In this document: one piece after another, positions 49,510-62,349 of the stretch
Layout: every line of letters starts with the position of its first letter
Position numbering within the stretch: the first letter of the stretch is position 1
Assembly (NCBI GenBank): GCA_002011125.2
Contig: MTMF02000009.1
Location: 579,095 to 643,094, forward strand
DNA: 64,000 nt
Source: Candidatus Hydrothermarchaeum profundi
Lineage (GTDB): Archaea > Hydrothermarchaeota > Hydrothermarchaeia > Hydrothermarchaeales > Hydrothermarchaeaceae
Direction: 5' to 3'
Program-made: the position numbers and the translations under genes
The notes under the pieces: generated by a model
Told to the model about the DNA's origin: nothing
Database searches by the model: none
What the model saw: the letters and a program-made list of their open reading frames with translations, nothing else

Positions 49510-49914
49510 TTAGATTGTTGAGGGTGCTAGCCAATCAATAAGTTTGTCTATTTCCTTATCTCTAATCTCTACTCTTATTGACCCTAAAAGGTGAGATTTT
49601 GAAATATCATCTTGGGAAGTCTTTAAAAAATTAACAATACCCATATATGCAGCTTGCTTATTAAGTTCAAAGACGACTTTTTCTTTGTCTATCGAGGATT
49701 TTAAAATTTTTCTCGCTGAATCTAGGATATACTGGCTACGTATTAAGCTATAAAGTTTATTTAAACTTTTTTTGTTTTTTGCAGAACCAATAACAGATGT
49801 TTTGCCGTCTTTTTTCACAAGTTGGACTTCTAAATCGAATAAATTTGAAACTGCTTTCTTAACTCTCTCAGGATCCTCAGTAGGAAAAAGCTCTGCACTA
49901 ACTATGACTTCCAT
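49510..49914 (-). CDS. UPF0201/DUF54 RNA-binding-fold protein
   Basis: PTEDPERVKKAVSNLF, ILDSAR, LNKQAAY, IDWLAP. Confidence 0.9.
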   Translation of the reverse strand: MEVIVSAELFPTEDPERVKKAVSNLFDLEVQLVKKDGKTSVIGSAKNKKSLNKLYSLIRSQYILDSARKILKSSIDKEKVVFELNKQAAYMGIVNFLKTSQDDISKSHLLGSIRVEIRDKEIDKLIDWLAPSTI

Positions 49915-49977
49915 ATAAAAAGCTTGATAAAGGCAATTTTATATATTTTGGTGGATTTCATTTGATAAGGTGAAAAA

Positions 49978-51207
49978 ATGTTAAATGTCGAACAATCTTG
50001 GGTAGGGCAAGCAGTCTGGATGGCTTTATTTTTCGTATTTATAATGATCTATCCTAAGTATCTATTATACAGAATGATAGCGGATATGGAGGAAGTCGCG
50101 GCAACCTTGGAAGAATATACTAAAGATGCTATTAATCTTATCATCGAATCCGCAAAAAAAAGAGGTAAACCCGAGGGGGATATAAGGAGAACTGTAGAAA
50201 ATGCCATGGAATTTTTCTTGATACCTCCTGTTGACTTAGACCCGTATGGGATATTAGTCAAAGTAGAACATCTAGTGGATAAGGCAGAGGATAGGTTTAA
50301 CTCTATTGCTGAATCAATAGCTCCAGAAGCAGATTCGGTCTGGAAATCTAACATAGTTTCTCTAGTTAAAGGCGGAGTTGGATTAAACAATATCGCTAAA
50401 ATCGTTCGCCATTATGTGGAGTTTGTTAAGAAGTTCAATAACCTCCAAATGGCTATGATTATGCAGATGCAGCTTCCTATAATAAAGAAGATAGCTAAGG
50501 CACAGAAAAAAGGGATCGAAGCTATCTCTGAGGGCAAACCTATTGGAGATGGGGTAGGGCCTCTAGTTGCTGCTACCCTGGTAAAGGACGGTAACTCCTA
50601 CGAAATAGCTAAGGATGTAATATGTAGCGAGGTAAATATTGACAGCAAAAAAGTTTATGTAATAAAGGCGAATGGTCCTGGAGCTAATCTAGGTAAATTG
50701 GGAGATGCTGTAAAAAAGCTATGTGAAAAAAACAATGTAGCGAAAATAATTACAGTAGATGCTAGCTTAAAGCTTGAAGGAGAAAAAACGGGTAAAGTTA
50801 CGGAAGGTATCGGTGCTGCAATTGGGGATCCTGGTCCAGAGAAAGCCAAGATGGAAGAGATTGCTGCAAAGAAAAATATTCCACTAGAAGCTTATGCGAT
50901 TAAAATGTCCCTTGAAGAAGCTATTTCTCCAATGACGAAGGATATAGGCGATGCTGTACCTCGGGCTGTGGAATTTATCGAAGATAGTATAAAAAGGGCA
51001 AAGAGCGACAGCGGTGTTATTGTAGTGGGGGTTGGAAATACATGCGGCATTGGAAATTCTTATAGTTCGGTAAAAGACCTACAATTGCCTGAAAAGGAGG
51101 AAGAAGAAGAAAAGATTCCTACCATAGATAGATTTATCAAAACTTTAGTGAAGAAACCGAAAAAACCTGAGGAAAAGCCGCAAGAGAAAGTAAAGGTAGG
51201 CAACTAA
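49978..51207 (+). CDS. DUF1512-family protein
   Basis: FLIPPVDLDPYGI, PIGDGVGPLVA, VDASLKLEGEKTG...EGIGAAIG, VGVGNTCGIG. Confidence 0.88.
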   Translation: MLNVEQSWVGQAVWMALFFVFIMIYPKYLLYRMIADMEEVAATLEEYTKDAINLIIESAKKRGKPEGDIRRTVENAMEFFLIPPVDLDPYGILVKVEHLVDKAEDRFNSIAESIAPEADSVWKSNIVSLVKGGVGLNNIAKIVRHYVEFVKKFNNLQMAMIMQMQLPIIKKIAKAQKKGIEAISEGKPIGDGVGPLVAATLVKDGNSYEIAKDVICSEVNIDSKKVYVIKANGPGANLGKLGDAVKKLCEKNNVAKIITVDASLKLEGEKTGKVTEGIGAAIGDPGPEKAKMEEIAAKKNIPLEAYAIKMSLEEAISPMTKDIGDAVPRAVEFIEDSIKRAKSDSGVIVVGVGNTCGIGNSYSSVKDLQLPEKEEEEEKIPTIDRFIKTLVKKPKKPEEKPQEKVKVGN

Positions 51208-51244
51208 TTATAGGGGAGTTTATAGAGAGCTATCTTTAATTATT

Positions 51245-52093
51245 ATGAGCAAACAAGTAACCCTACTTATAATATTATTAATGTTTTCTATTACCCAGTT
51301 GCTTGGAACTTTTTTTCAGCTCACTATATTTGAAATAGAGAAACGGGATAATCCGCATTTTACAAAGCAGACTTCTGAAAGTCTGTCACCATATAGAGGT
51401 TCTAATATACCTCTTTTCCTATTGCCGATAGCTTTTGTTATTATGCTAAACGTATACCTTTTCCTCTTCAGATTTTCTTTGATATTGAAGTTAGCTAAAG
51501 CCTACATTTACATCTTTTCAATAATATGTTTCGCTATCACAACGCAGATAATCGGAGCCTATATACTCACACCCTACCTTCAAAACATCAATCTAATATT
51601 ATCGCTATTAGTGCCATCTTTCCTACTAGTTTTAGGTAAATTAAAAAACATAGTAAATAACATATTAGGGATAAGTCTCTGCGGTATTACAGGTAGTTTT
51701 TTGGCTTCTTTTTTTACTGTAAATAGCATGTTGGCGTTGTTAGGTATTATTTCTTTTTTAGATTATTATTTTGTTATCCGTGAAAAGAAGATTCCTAGAA
51801 TAGTTGAAACTTTGAGTGATTACGAAATACCTCTCGCAATAAGTTACTCCTCAAAGTCGATAGAATACCAGCTTGGGTATGGGGATTTAATTTTTGCTAC
51901 AGGTATTACGGTAGCTTTTTTTATAGATATAGATTTATTATCGGCTATTAGGACTATAGCATTTACTACGCTTTTTCTAATGCTCTATATAATTTCGTTA
52001 TCCAAGAAAGAAGGAGGTAAACCTTATCCAGCGATACCAGCCATATTCGCTGGTGGAGTAGTTAGCGCTATTTTTGGCGTGCTGCTGCTCTAA
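51245..52093 (+). CDS. presenilin/SPP-like GxGD intramembrane aspartyl protease
   Basis: Multi-TM protein; FLDYY, LGYGD, YPAIP. Confidence 0.75.
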   Translation: MSKQVTLLIILLMFSITQLLGTFFQLTIFEIEKRDNPHFTKQTSESLSPYRGSNIPLFLLPIAFVIMLNVYLFLFRFSLILKLAKAYIYIFSIICFAITTQIIGAYILTPYLQNINLILSLLVPSFLLVLGKLKNIVNNILGISLCGITGSFLASFFTVNSMLALLGIISFLDYYFVIREKKIPRIVETLSDYEIPLAISYSSKSIEYQLGYGDLIFATGITVAFFIDIDLLSAIRTIAFTTLFLMLYIISLSKKEGGKPYPAIPAIFAGGVVSAIFGVLLL

Positions 52094-52493
52094 GAGGGCT
52101 TGGACCTATTTTCTTAATAGTATTAGTAAATTCCTTTACGATAGTAGCAAACTTCTCTCCCTCCGCTGCAGAAACCCAATCGAGCATCAGTCTCTCTTTT
52201 TCAATACCCATATTCTCAAGGATTTCGTGTACGAGGGTCACTCTTCTCTTTGCTTTATAGTTTCCTGCTACATAGTGACAGTCACCAGGATGGCATCCTG
52301 CTACCATAACTCCATCTGCACCCTCTGAGAAAGCTTTTAAAATAAACTGAGGGTCCATCCGCGCCGTGCACATCACTCTTATTGCCCGGATAGATGGGGG
52401 ATACTGGATCCTGCTGGTACCTGCTAAGTCCGATCCGGCGTAAGAGCACCAATTACACAAGAAAGCCAAGATTTTAGGTTCAAACTCTGCCAT
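52068..52493 (-). CDS. mvhD: hydrogenase/Hdr iron-sulfur subunit MvhD
   Basis: [25 protein letters not shown]. Confidence 0.96.
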   Translation of the reverse strand: MAEFEPKILAFLCNWCSYAGSDLAGTSRIQYPPSIRAIRVMCTARMDPQFILKAFSEGADGVMVAGCHPGDCHYVAGNYKAKRRVTLVHEILENMGIEKERLMLDWVSAAEGEKFATIVKEFTNTIKKIGPSPLRAAARQK

Positions 52494-52495
52494 TT

Positions 52496-54454
52496 TCAAT
52501 CTTCCTTGAATGCTGCATGAATCATAGCCATTATTTGATTATCACTAAAATGCTTTATTTGCATCGCTCCAGTGGGACATGCTCCTGCACAACCTCCACA
52601 TCCTTTGCATAAGGCTTGATTAACCCTCGCTTTTCTTTCCACGATCTGAATTGCACCAAAGTCACAGACTCTTTCACATATCCTACATCCGATGCATTTC
52701 TCAGGATCAGCCTCAGCTAATATAGGCTCTATTTCTACTTCTCCCTTAGACATGGGAATAGCAGCTCTAGCTGCAGCGGCACTACCCTGTGCTACAGTAT
52801 CAGGAATATCTTTAGGCCCCTGTGCAGTCCCCGCTAGAAAGACTCCCTCTGTTAGGGTATCTATGGGCCTTAATTTTGGATGAGCTTCCAAAAAGAAGCC
52901 ATCTGCACCTCTTGATATACGCAGGATTTTTTGAAGCTTTTCTGCATCCTTAGGAGGTTCCATACCCACTGAAAGAACTACAAGATCGAGATCGACTTCT
53001 ATAGTTTCTCCTAACAAAGTGTCTTCAACTCGCAGTATTAAGTTCTTAGTTTGTGGGTCCTCTAATATCTCTCCAGGACGCCCTCTTATAAATTTTATAC
53101 CGTATTCATCTTGAGCAATTTTATAAAACTCTTCATAGCCCTTCCCAAAAGCTCTGATATCCATATAAAATATGTAGATATCAGTTTCAGGATGCTTCTC
53201 CTTGTATAGCCTAGCATTTTTTATGGCGTACATGCAACAAACTCTTGAACAGTATTTATTAGTCGCTTCATCTCTAGAGCCTACGCACTGGATAAAGCCT
53301 ATGCTTTTAGGCTCTTTCCCATCAGATGGTCTGAGAAGCTTTCCACCTGAAGGACCTGAAGCATTTATGAGCCTCTCAAATTCTAGACCATTTATGACAT
53401 TGTCGTATATCCCATACCCATATTCCTCTTTTCTCCGAGCATCAAATATATCAAAGCCAGTAGCAACGATAATTGTGCCAACCTCGATCTCTATTTCTTC
53501 TGGTCCAGAGTCGAAATTAATAGCGTCAGGATCACATACATTCAGGCACATTCCGCATCCTACACAATTTTCTTGGTCTATAGTATAAATGAGAGGTACT
53601 GCCTGTGGAAAGGGTACGTAGATGGCTTTCCGTGTGCCTAATCCTAGATCAAATTCGTTTGGCACTTCAACAGGGCATACATCAGCGCAAATCCCGCAAC
53701 CTGTACAGTCATCTGTCACGAAACGCGGTTTCTTCTCTACTTTAACCTTAAAGTTTCCTATGAAACCGTCTATTTCTTTAACCTCTGAGTACGTAAGTAA
53801 TTCAATATTTGGATGTCTTGCTACATCTACCATCTTTGGAGTTAGGATGCAAGCCGAGCAGTCCATAGTTGGGAAGGTTTTATCTAGCATGGCCATTTTT
53901 CCGCCTATTGTCGGGCTCTTCTCCACTAAATAAACCTTAAACCCTTGATCAGCAAGGTCTAAGGAGGCCTGAATACCAGCTATACCCCCACCAATCACTA
54001 GTGCCTTATCTGTTACTTTTACTTTCGGTTTTTCTAAAGGCTCCAATAGCCGGGCCTTTGCTACCGCCATCCTCACTAAGTCTTTTGCTTTCTCCGTAGC
54101 TTTTTCGGGCTCTTTCATATGGACCCAAGACGAATGTTCTCTAATGTTAGACATCTCCATCAAGAAAGGATTAATGCCCGCTTCTTCGCATGCCGCTCTA
54201 AAAGTAGGCTCGTGCATTCTAGGAGAACATGCGGCAACTACTATCCTATTAAGATTATGTTCTTTTATGTCTTTTATTATCATTTCTTGCCCAGGATCTG
54301 AGCACATATATTTGTAATCCTTCGAAAGGACTACGTTCTTTAGTGTTCCAGCATACTTGGCGACCTCTTCAACATCAATCACTCCAGCGATGTTTATGCC
54401 ACAGTGGCAAATATAAACTCCTATCCTTGGTTCTTCCTTATTTCCCTCTACCAT
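52496..54454 (-). CDS. hdrA: heterodisulfide reductase subunit A
   Basis: [48 protein letters not shown], ferredoxin inserts. Confidence 0.97.
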   Translation of the reverse strand: MVEGNKEEPRIGVYICHCGINIAGVIDVEEVAKYAGTLKNVVLSKDYKYMCSDPGQEMIIKDIKEHNLNRIVVAACSPRMHEPTFRAACEEAGINPFLMEMSNIREHSSWVHMKEPEKATEKAKDLVRMAVAKARLLEPLEKPKVKVTDKALVIGGGIAGIQASLDLADQGFKVYLVEKSPTIGGKMAMLDKTFPTMDCSACILTPKMVDVARHPNIELLTYSEVKEIDGFIGNFKVKVEKKPRFVTDDCTGCGICADVCPVEVPNEFDLGLGTRKAIYVPFPQAVPLIYTIDQENCVGCGMCLNVCDPDAINFDSGPEEIEIEVGTIIVATGFDIFDARRKEEYGYGIYDNVINGLEFERLINASGPSGGKLLRPSDGKEPKSIGFIQCVGSRDEATNKYCSRVCCMYAIKNARLYKEKHPETDIYIFYMDIRAFGKGYEEFYKIAQDEYGIKFIRGRPGEILEDPQTKNLILRVEDTLLGETIEVDLDLVVLSVGMEPPKDAEKLQKILRISRGADGFFLEAHPKLRPIDTLTEGVFLAGTAQGPKDIPDTVAQGSAAAARAAIPMSKGEVEIEPILAEADPEKCIGCRICERVCDFGAIQIVERKARVNQALCKGCGGCAGACPTGAMQIKHFSDNQIMAMIHAAFKED

Positions 54455-54525
54455 TTAAGCACCTTCATTATCAGTCATTCAAGATTTTTTATAAATATTA
54501 CTGTCTATAAAAAATTTAGAAAATC

Positions 54526-55257
54526 CTATTTCTTCTCTAATCTTAAAGATATAGTTATCCTATATATTTTCTTTCCATTTTTATCGATACCGCTCAATGT
54601 TGGCGATATCTTTAACTCTCCTTCATATTTTTTCTTAAGAATTTTAGCTATTTTTTTAGCTACTTTTGATGAACCAAAATAGATGTCAATTCCTTTTTTA
54701 AGTTTTTTGACTTTTGTGATGAATGCTTTGCTCTCTTTTTTAGCATAAGCATCAGTAATCTCTTCTACTTCTTCTAAGATGCCAATAGGAATTTCGTTCC
54801 TTATCTGTAAAATAGCTTCGTAGTAGCCTCCATGCATTCGGGAACAATCTTTGCACAGCTCGGTTATCACATTTACTTCTATATTCTTTGAGTCTTCAAA
54901 GGTTTCTCCTTCAATGCATCCTTTAACTCTAAGCAGCAGTGATACTTCATATCTATTCTTTGATTTCTGCTTTATTTTCTCTACGCTTATTATTTGCTCC
55001 GGGTCCTTCAGATCTAATATAGTTATAGAATTTTGTAAAGAGACTATAGATGCGCTTTCCAGCACTTCTCCTAGTTCGTTACCGATATATTTCCAATTTC
55101 CCTTTTCATAATATCTTAGGCAATTACCACATATCTTTACTTCTATTTTATTCGGAACCCTTAGAATCTCTTTTTCCTTTATAAAACAGTCAAAGCATTT
55201 ACCTTCTACTAAATTGTTAGTAATTTTTCCACAGATATAACAAAAACGTTTTGGCAT
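54526..55257 (-). CDS. nmd3: NMD3-family ribosome biogenesis protein
   Basis: FCYICG, CFDC, CGNC, CKDCSR..GGYYEAILQIR. Confidence 0.9.
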   Translation of the reverse strand: MPKRFCYICGKITNNLVEGKCFDCFIKEKEILRVPNKIEVKICGNCLRYYEKGNWKYIGNELGEVLESASIVSLQNSITILDLKDPEQIISVEKIKQKSKNRYEVSLLLRVKGCIEGETFEDSKNIEVNVITELCKDCSRMHGGYYEAILQIRNEIPIGILEEVEEITDAYAKKESKAFITKVKKLKKGIDIYFGSSKVAKKIAKILKKKYEGELKISPTLSGIDKNGKKIYRITISLRLEKK

Positions 55258-55261
55258 AATT

Positions 55262-55558
55262 TTACATGATTGCCATTTGGGCGTGGGATACTCCTTTGAT
55301 TTTCAATACGTTTTCTGAGTCAATTATTCCTTCTTCAATGGCTAACTTCACTATATTATTGCCTACTAAATTTGCAATCGTTGCAGTCGATAAATGATGA
55401 CGCATCTCTTCTTCTCCTACTATCTCTCCACCATAAAATTCCTCTGTAATTTTGAGGATAAGTTCTCCATCCTCCAGAATCTTTCCACACAAATCCTTAT
55501 CACACGCTGCTACGATTATTTCGTTTTCGACTCTATATATCTTAGTATAAAATTTCAT
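55262..55558 (-). CDS. DUF424-family protein
   Basis: VAACD..L.GK, FYGG, ATIANLVG. Confidence 0.9.
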   Translation of the reverse strand: MKFYTKIYRVENEIIVAACDKDLCGKILEDGELILKITEEFYGGEIVGEEEMRHHLSTATIANLVGNNIVKLAIEEGIIDSENVLKIKGVSHAQMAIM

Positions 55559-55587
55559 AAATGCGGCCTGCTTTAAATTCTATTAAA

Positions 55588-56247
55588 CTAAATTTTCTTA
55601 AACCTGCCAATTTTAGGCTCGTATATCTCTCCATCACCCATAAGTTCTCCCAAAACTTCTTCAAGGTCTTCGTCATTAAGATTACTTTCATTCAACAAAG
55701 TTATATATTTTACTCCCTCTCCCTCATCTAGTTCTTCTATTAAATTCAAAACAAGCATTTTTTTATCAGTTATAGCAGATTCCTCTTCAATTTTCTCAGA
55801 CACCTTTTCATGCTCACTTTTTTCTTTTTCCCCTCCTAACTTATGAACTTTTAAAAGTAACTCAAGTTTTCTAACTAGCTCCCAATTAGGGTCGTCTATT
55901 TTTCGAACAGACTCAACATTAATGTATTTTTCACCCTCGTATTCTTTTATTTTACCAACTATATCTACAATATCCCCCTCATTCACATTTTTGACAAATT
56001 CCACATCGCCCCTAAAAGCTCTACACGCTATCGTGTCAGTACCGTCGTCCAAGGTTAAAGCTCCAAAATTTTCTTCTTCATTTATATATTTTGATACTAC
56101 TGTGCCCATAATCCTAACTCTTGAAATTTCTTCTCCTAAAGGCGTAATTAAAAGATTTGGATCAAGCCTACCCTCGCCTTTGATAAAGTCACCGCCGATT
56201 ATATCTTTTATTCTAACTTTTGAGGCTATGCTTCTCTGCAATACCAT
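55588..56247 (-). CDS. RPA32-like single-stranded DNA-binding subunit (OB fold + C-terminal wHTH)
   Basis: SRVRIMGTVV, LDDGTDTI, DPNWEL, GEIYEPKIG; directly downstream of mcm. Confidence 0.8.
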   Translation of the reverse strand: MVLQRSIASKVRIKDIIGGDFIKGEGRLDPNLLITPLGEEISRVRIMGTVVSKYINEEENFGALTLDDGTDTIACRAFRGDVEFVKNVNEGDIVDIVGKIKEYEGEKYINVESVRKIDDPNWELVRKLELLLKVHKLGGEKEKSEHEKVSEKIEEESAITDKKMLVLNLIEELDEGEGVKYITLLNESNLNDEDLEEVLGELMGDGEIYEPKIGRFKKI

Positions 56248-58293
56248 TTATACCACCTTATACCTATCATTTCGCTTTGGATCATAAATGTAGCCATCTA
56301 ATTTCAATCTTTCAATAGCTTTTTCAACTTCTTTTTCTGGGATTCCATATTTTCCGGCTCTCTCTATTATTTCAGATTTCTTTACAGGGGCGTTGAGTTC
56401 ATTTTCTAGCTCCTTAATTATATCTAGTACCTGAGTGAGGCGCTCTCTTTGGGATTTAGTTACTCCCACCATTATTTTATCTATATCATATTTACCCGTC
56501 TCTAAGTCAAGTCCAGCTTGTTTTAAAGATTCTGTAATAAGCCTAATAGCTCGATTTACGTCCTCTACATCTGTCTGTTGAGATAGCCGAACTCTAGCTG
56601 AAGCCCGTGCTATTCTTATGATGGCCCAAAGCTGTCTAGCCGTGAGAGGTATGGGTACTCCTTCTGCCTCCTTAGCGGCTTCTCTCATTTCCACATAAAA
56701 TTCTTCTATCTTTTTTTTAGCATCCTCGGTCAGAAGAGGATAGCAATTTTGCCGTGCATATGCAATATATTTTCTCAGGAGATCTGTAGGTATTCTTGGG
56801 CCTATCTGGGTTGGCGATGTAACGGTATTCAGTATATGCTTTGCTACTTCTCTGGTTTCCTCTAATTCATCTCTTACAAAAAATATTAGATCAAACCTTG
56901 ATAATATGGTAGGAGGGAGATTAATTTGCTCCGATATAGATCTGTATTCGTCAAATCTCCCATATTTAGGATTTGCAGCAGCTAATATGGAACATCTAGC
57001 TCTAAAAGTCGCTAATAAACCCGCTTTCGCTATACTAACAGTTTGCTGTTCCATGGTTTCATGCATTCCCGCTCTGTCATTAGGCTCCATTTTCTCGAAT
57101 TCATCTATGCACGCAATCCCTTTATCAGCCATTACCAAAGCGCCGGCTTCAAGACTCCATCCACCATCACCAAATTCATCCTTTACTGCGGCAGCTGTTA
57201 ATCCTGCCGCAGAAGCTCCCTTTCCTGAAGCATACACTCCTCTTGGTGCAAGTTCTTTTGCAACGTATTGCAGAATCTCTGATTTTCCGGTGGCAGGCTC
57301 ACCTATGATTATTATATGACTATCGCCCCGAATTCTGCCTCCATCCGGTAACTTGAGTGCAGGAGAAGAAAATAGCTGGTACATTATTGCCTCTTTAATG
57401 TCATTGTATCCGAAAATATGTGGAGCTATGCTGTCTCTAATCTTCTCATAAATTAGAGGGTCTTTAGAAAGTTCTTTTATTTTTTCCTCATCTTCCTTAC
57501 TTATCTCAAGCTCTTCAAATTCCATTTCTATTGTTCTAACAGAATTTGCTTCCAAATAAATTTCAAATACCCTAGAGTTTTTTTCTTTGTACTTTTTTTT
57601 AATGGCTCTAAGTATACCAACAACTTCAATCTTATCTCCAGGCGTGATTCTCCCGGTTATATCGTCTTCTAGATAGATAGATATCTGTTTAGGATGCTCA
57701 CCTCCGCGAAGGTCTTCCAAGGACTCTTGAATCAATATTTTTTGAGAATCTATTAGAACCGACTCGGAGATTTTCAACTTAAAGGGCCCCCGAGTTTCGC
57801 AATTTTCACAGAGAAAAGGTTGCTTTATTCTTTCTCCTTCTTGATCTACAAGTGTAACATCTCCGCATCGTTGACATTCAAAAGCTCCAACAACTAGTTT
57901 AGGTCTAACGTCGGTTGATTTCCTCACAATCCCCTCTACCATTAGGAGCTTTCCGACATCTTCGCTTCGAAGGTCGCGAATCATCATTTTATGGGTCTGG
58001 GGGAGATTCACGAACCTAACGTTTATTTTAACAGTTTCATGGTCTAATGGTAGATCAATATTTTTTAGAGCTTTCTCCATACTTGATATAAGATAGTCTG
58101 GGTTAACGATAAGTTCATCTGCTAGAGTCATATCGAACTTATCAAGGTCGTTGAAATCAATGTGAAGGCTCCGGATTTCTGGGTAACTCTCGGATACCTT
58201 TAATATTTCCCTCGTATAATAGGTCCTCAAGAATCTCTCCAATTTTGTTTCTAGGTCTACTATTCCGGTGCTCTTTGTTTCTGTATCATCCAT
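56248..58293 (-). CDS. mcm: replicative helicase MCM, no intein
   Basis: CQRC/CENC zinc finger, GEPATGKS, LEAGALV, CIDEFEK, SRFD, TARQ. Confidence 0.97.
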   Translation of the reverse strand: MDDTETKSTGIVDLETKLERFLRTYYTREILKVSESYPEIRSLHIDFNDLDKFDMTLADELIVNPDYLISSMEKALKNIDLPLDHETVKINVRFVNLPQTHKMMIRDLRSEDVGKLLMVEGIVRKSTDVRPKLVVGAFECQRCGDVTLVDQEGERIKQPFLCENCETRGPFKLKISESVLIDSQKILIQESLEDLRGGEHPKQISIYLEDDITGRITPGDKIEVVGILRAIKKKYKEKNSRVFEIYLEANSVRTIEMEFEELEISKEDEEKIKELSKDPLIYEKIRDSIAPHIFGYNDIKEAIMYQLFSSPALKLPDGGRIRGDSHIIIIGEPATGKSEILQYVAKELAPRGVYASGKGASAAGLTAAAVKDEFGDGGWSLEAGALVMADKGIACIDEFEKMEPNDRAGMHETMEQQTVSIAKAGLLATFRARCSILAAANPKYGRFDEYRSISEQINLPPTILSRFDLIFFVRDELEETREVAKHILNTVTSPTQIGPRIPTDLLRKYIAYARQNCYPLLTEDAKKKIEEFYVEMREAAKEAEGVPIPLTARQLWAIIRIARASARVRLSQQTDVEDVNRAIRLITESLKQAGLDLETGKYDIDKIMVGVTKSQRERLTQVLDIIKELENELNAPVKKSEIIERAGKYGIPEKEVEKAIERLKLDGYIYDPKRNDRYKVV

Positions 58294-58406
58294 AAATAAC
58301 CCACGACCTTTTACTTAATTCTAATATAACCGCATTTCTATTTACGAAGGATAGCTTCTTTGGTGGACGTCTTCCTTTGAAAGACTCTCCTCGTAATAAG
58401 GGGGCA

Positions 58407-58427
58407 TCCAATAGAAATAATGGGGGG
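58407..58427 (+). promoter_or_regulatory. ORB-like box (possible Orc1/Cdc6 site) upstream of mcm
   Basis: TCCAATAGAAATAATGGGGGG resembles TCCAnnnGAAAY followed by a G-string. Confidence 0.35.
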
Positions 58428-58488
58428 ATACTACTTCTTCTTTATCCGAGAGAGCATAGGAAAAGTGCCACTTTACTTCCACTACATT

Positions 58489-59383
58489 TTAGTAATCTAA
58501 ACTAATGCCATAGGCATGCTCAATATTGTCTTTATGTATCTTCCAAAGGTCTTCTTCGTTTATTACTCCTCTTTCATATAGCAAGCGGCTTATTCTAGGA
58601 ACACTTTTGGGACCTACTACAGCTCCGGGTCGTGATAGGTCGTCAATATAATCGCTTTCCATTAAGAACCTATTACCCTCCCTTACAGCTCTCGCTATAT
58701 TCTCTTTAGATGCAATTAATGATGGCAATATTCCGGTCTTTTCTCCGGCCTTTATAAGGGGTGGAGAGTAGTGTTTTATCACTTTATAGGGTTTCAAGCC
58801 AGCTTGCAGGGCCATTTCTCTAAACTCAGTGAAATGTGTATCCGTGACGGTTTCGGTATGTAATTGTACTGCGCAATTTATATCTGCTGCAGTCTCCATA
58901 ATTTTTAAAAGGAAGTCATTGCATGCTTCATAGACTTCATTTTCTACCTCGAAGTGTGGCCTACCTACTTCTCCTAGGGCTATTGCTTCTTCATTAACTA
59001 TTTTTTTCCCCATCTTTTCTATGACTTTAAATCCTATTTCTTTGGCTGCTTTAATTGAGAATCTATTACACATTAAAACAAAGTCAGCAGGATGGATACC
59101 TATAACAGGAAATGACTTCACATTCGTTTCTTTGTTAATAGTTTTAGAGATCGAGATTGTCTTGTCTGATAGTTTTAAAAGTCCCTCTTCAGTAGGTTGG
59201 AGTTTCCAGTCGGCAGTAGTTTTACACACCAAAAAGATAAATCTACCTCCAGCGTGTTCAAACTTCTTAACTGCATTTAACCCCTCCCCATTAATAGGGT
59301 CAATATGTATATGGTTGTCCGTATAGCCTTCAATGGGAATTTTTCTTGGGATTTCCTTATATACCGTATTTGAATAAAGGACT

Positions 59384-59403
<20 letters not shown>
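58489..59403 (-). CDS. TatD-related amidohydrolase-fold protein
   Basis: TDNHIH, GIHP, GEVGRPH, QLHTE, MESDYIDD..RPGAV.GPK.VP; start uncertain. Confidence 0.9.
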
Positions 59404-61403
<2,000 letters not shown>

Positions 61404-61554
61404 ATAATATTTTTGAACTGCTCACATTTTTTAGCTTCCCTTAAAGAGCTGAAAAAGGGGTTCTCTGATTTTATTCCTCACGCTATTAAGGGCTTTAAGT
61501 AATTGGCAGCAGCGTGCTTGCATAAACTTTAAATAAGAGCACCGCTACTCTGAA

Positions 61555-61590
61555 TGAGCATAAATGTTCATTAATGTATAAAAATATACA
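61555..61590. promoter_or_regulatory. four TRP-box-like hexamers (candidate TrpY operator)
   Basis: TGAGCA-taaa-TGTTCA-ttaa-TGTATA-aaaa-TATACA with 10-bp period, each close to TGTACA, just upstream of trpC. Confidence 0.78.
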
Positions 61591-61602
61591 TTGTGCATGT
61601 GT

Positions 61603-62349
61603 ATGAATTTTAAAACGATTCTCGAAGATTGCAAATCCCGTTATAAGGGCTTTGACCAAAAAGTAGTGCAAACTAGAAAACCTAGAGATTTTGTCACTTC
61701 AATTTTACAAGCAAAGAAATATGGATTAAACCCCATTATTTCAGAGATTAAGCCAGCTTCGCCTAGTGGAGTGTTAAGGGAGATAAACAATGTTAGGGAA
61801 TTAGCTCTAGAGATGACCGCAGGGGGGGCATGCGGAGTATCGGTTCTTACAGAGGAAAAATATTTTCAGGGGGCTCTCGGAAATCTAAAAGCAGTTTCGG
61901 AAGTTTCTAATATTCCTGTTCTGAGAAAGGATTTCATTTTCGATGAAGCTCAGATAGATGAGTCTTATTATTATGGCGCGGATTCTCTACTATTAATATC
62001 CAGCTTTTTAAAAAAAGACCATTTAAAAAAGTTTATTGCGAGAGCTAGGGGTTATGGGATGGAACCATTAGTGGAGATCCATTCTCTAAGGGATGTCAAA
62101 AAAGCTAAAGTTGCGGGAGCTAAAGTTTTTGTTATTAACAATAGAGACAAAGATACTCTGAAAATAGACCTAGGGAAGAGTAAGAGTCTTTCTAAATATA
62201 TTGAAGGGATAAAAATTAGCGCTTCAGGCATTAAAAATCTAGACGATTTGAATTTTGTGCTTGAGTATTGCGATGCAGCATTAATAGGTACGTCCATCAT
62301 GAAGGCAGATAATATTCTAGAAAAGGTGAAGGAATTTGTTCGCGCTTGA
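61603..62349 (+). CDS. trpC: indole-3-glycerol phosphate synthase
   Basis: ISEIKPASPS, SVLTE, LRKDFI, LVEIH, INNR, SGI. Confidence 0.95.
   Translation: MNFKTILEDCKSRYKGFDQKVVQTRKPRDFVTSILQAKKYGLNPIISEIKPASPSGVLREINNVRELALEMTAGGACGVSVLTEEKYFQGALGNLKAVSEVSNIPVLRKDFIFDEAQIDESYYYGADSLLLISSFLKKDHLKKFIARARGYGMEPLVEIHSLRDVKKAKVAGAKVFVINNRDKDTLKIDLGKSKSLSKYIEGIKISASGIKNLDDLNFVLEYCDAALIGTSIMKADNILEKVKEFVRA

Noticed and set aside
56248-58293. Intein in MCM
   Set aside because: 681 aa with contiguous Walker A, Walker B and arginine-finger motifs; no insertion.
58290-58457. Possible ~55-aa minus-strand ORF just upstream of mcm (MLSRIKEEVSPII...)
   Set aside because: No recognisable motif or GINS similarity; the region looks regulatory instead.
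61404-61550. trp attenuator, leader peptide or riboswitch before trpC
   Set aside because: No Trp-rich leader ORF; only a weak hairpin near 61428-61457, better explained as the ahcY terminator.
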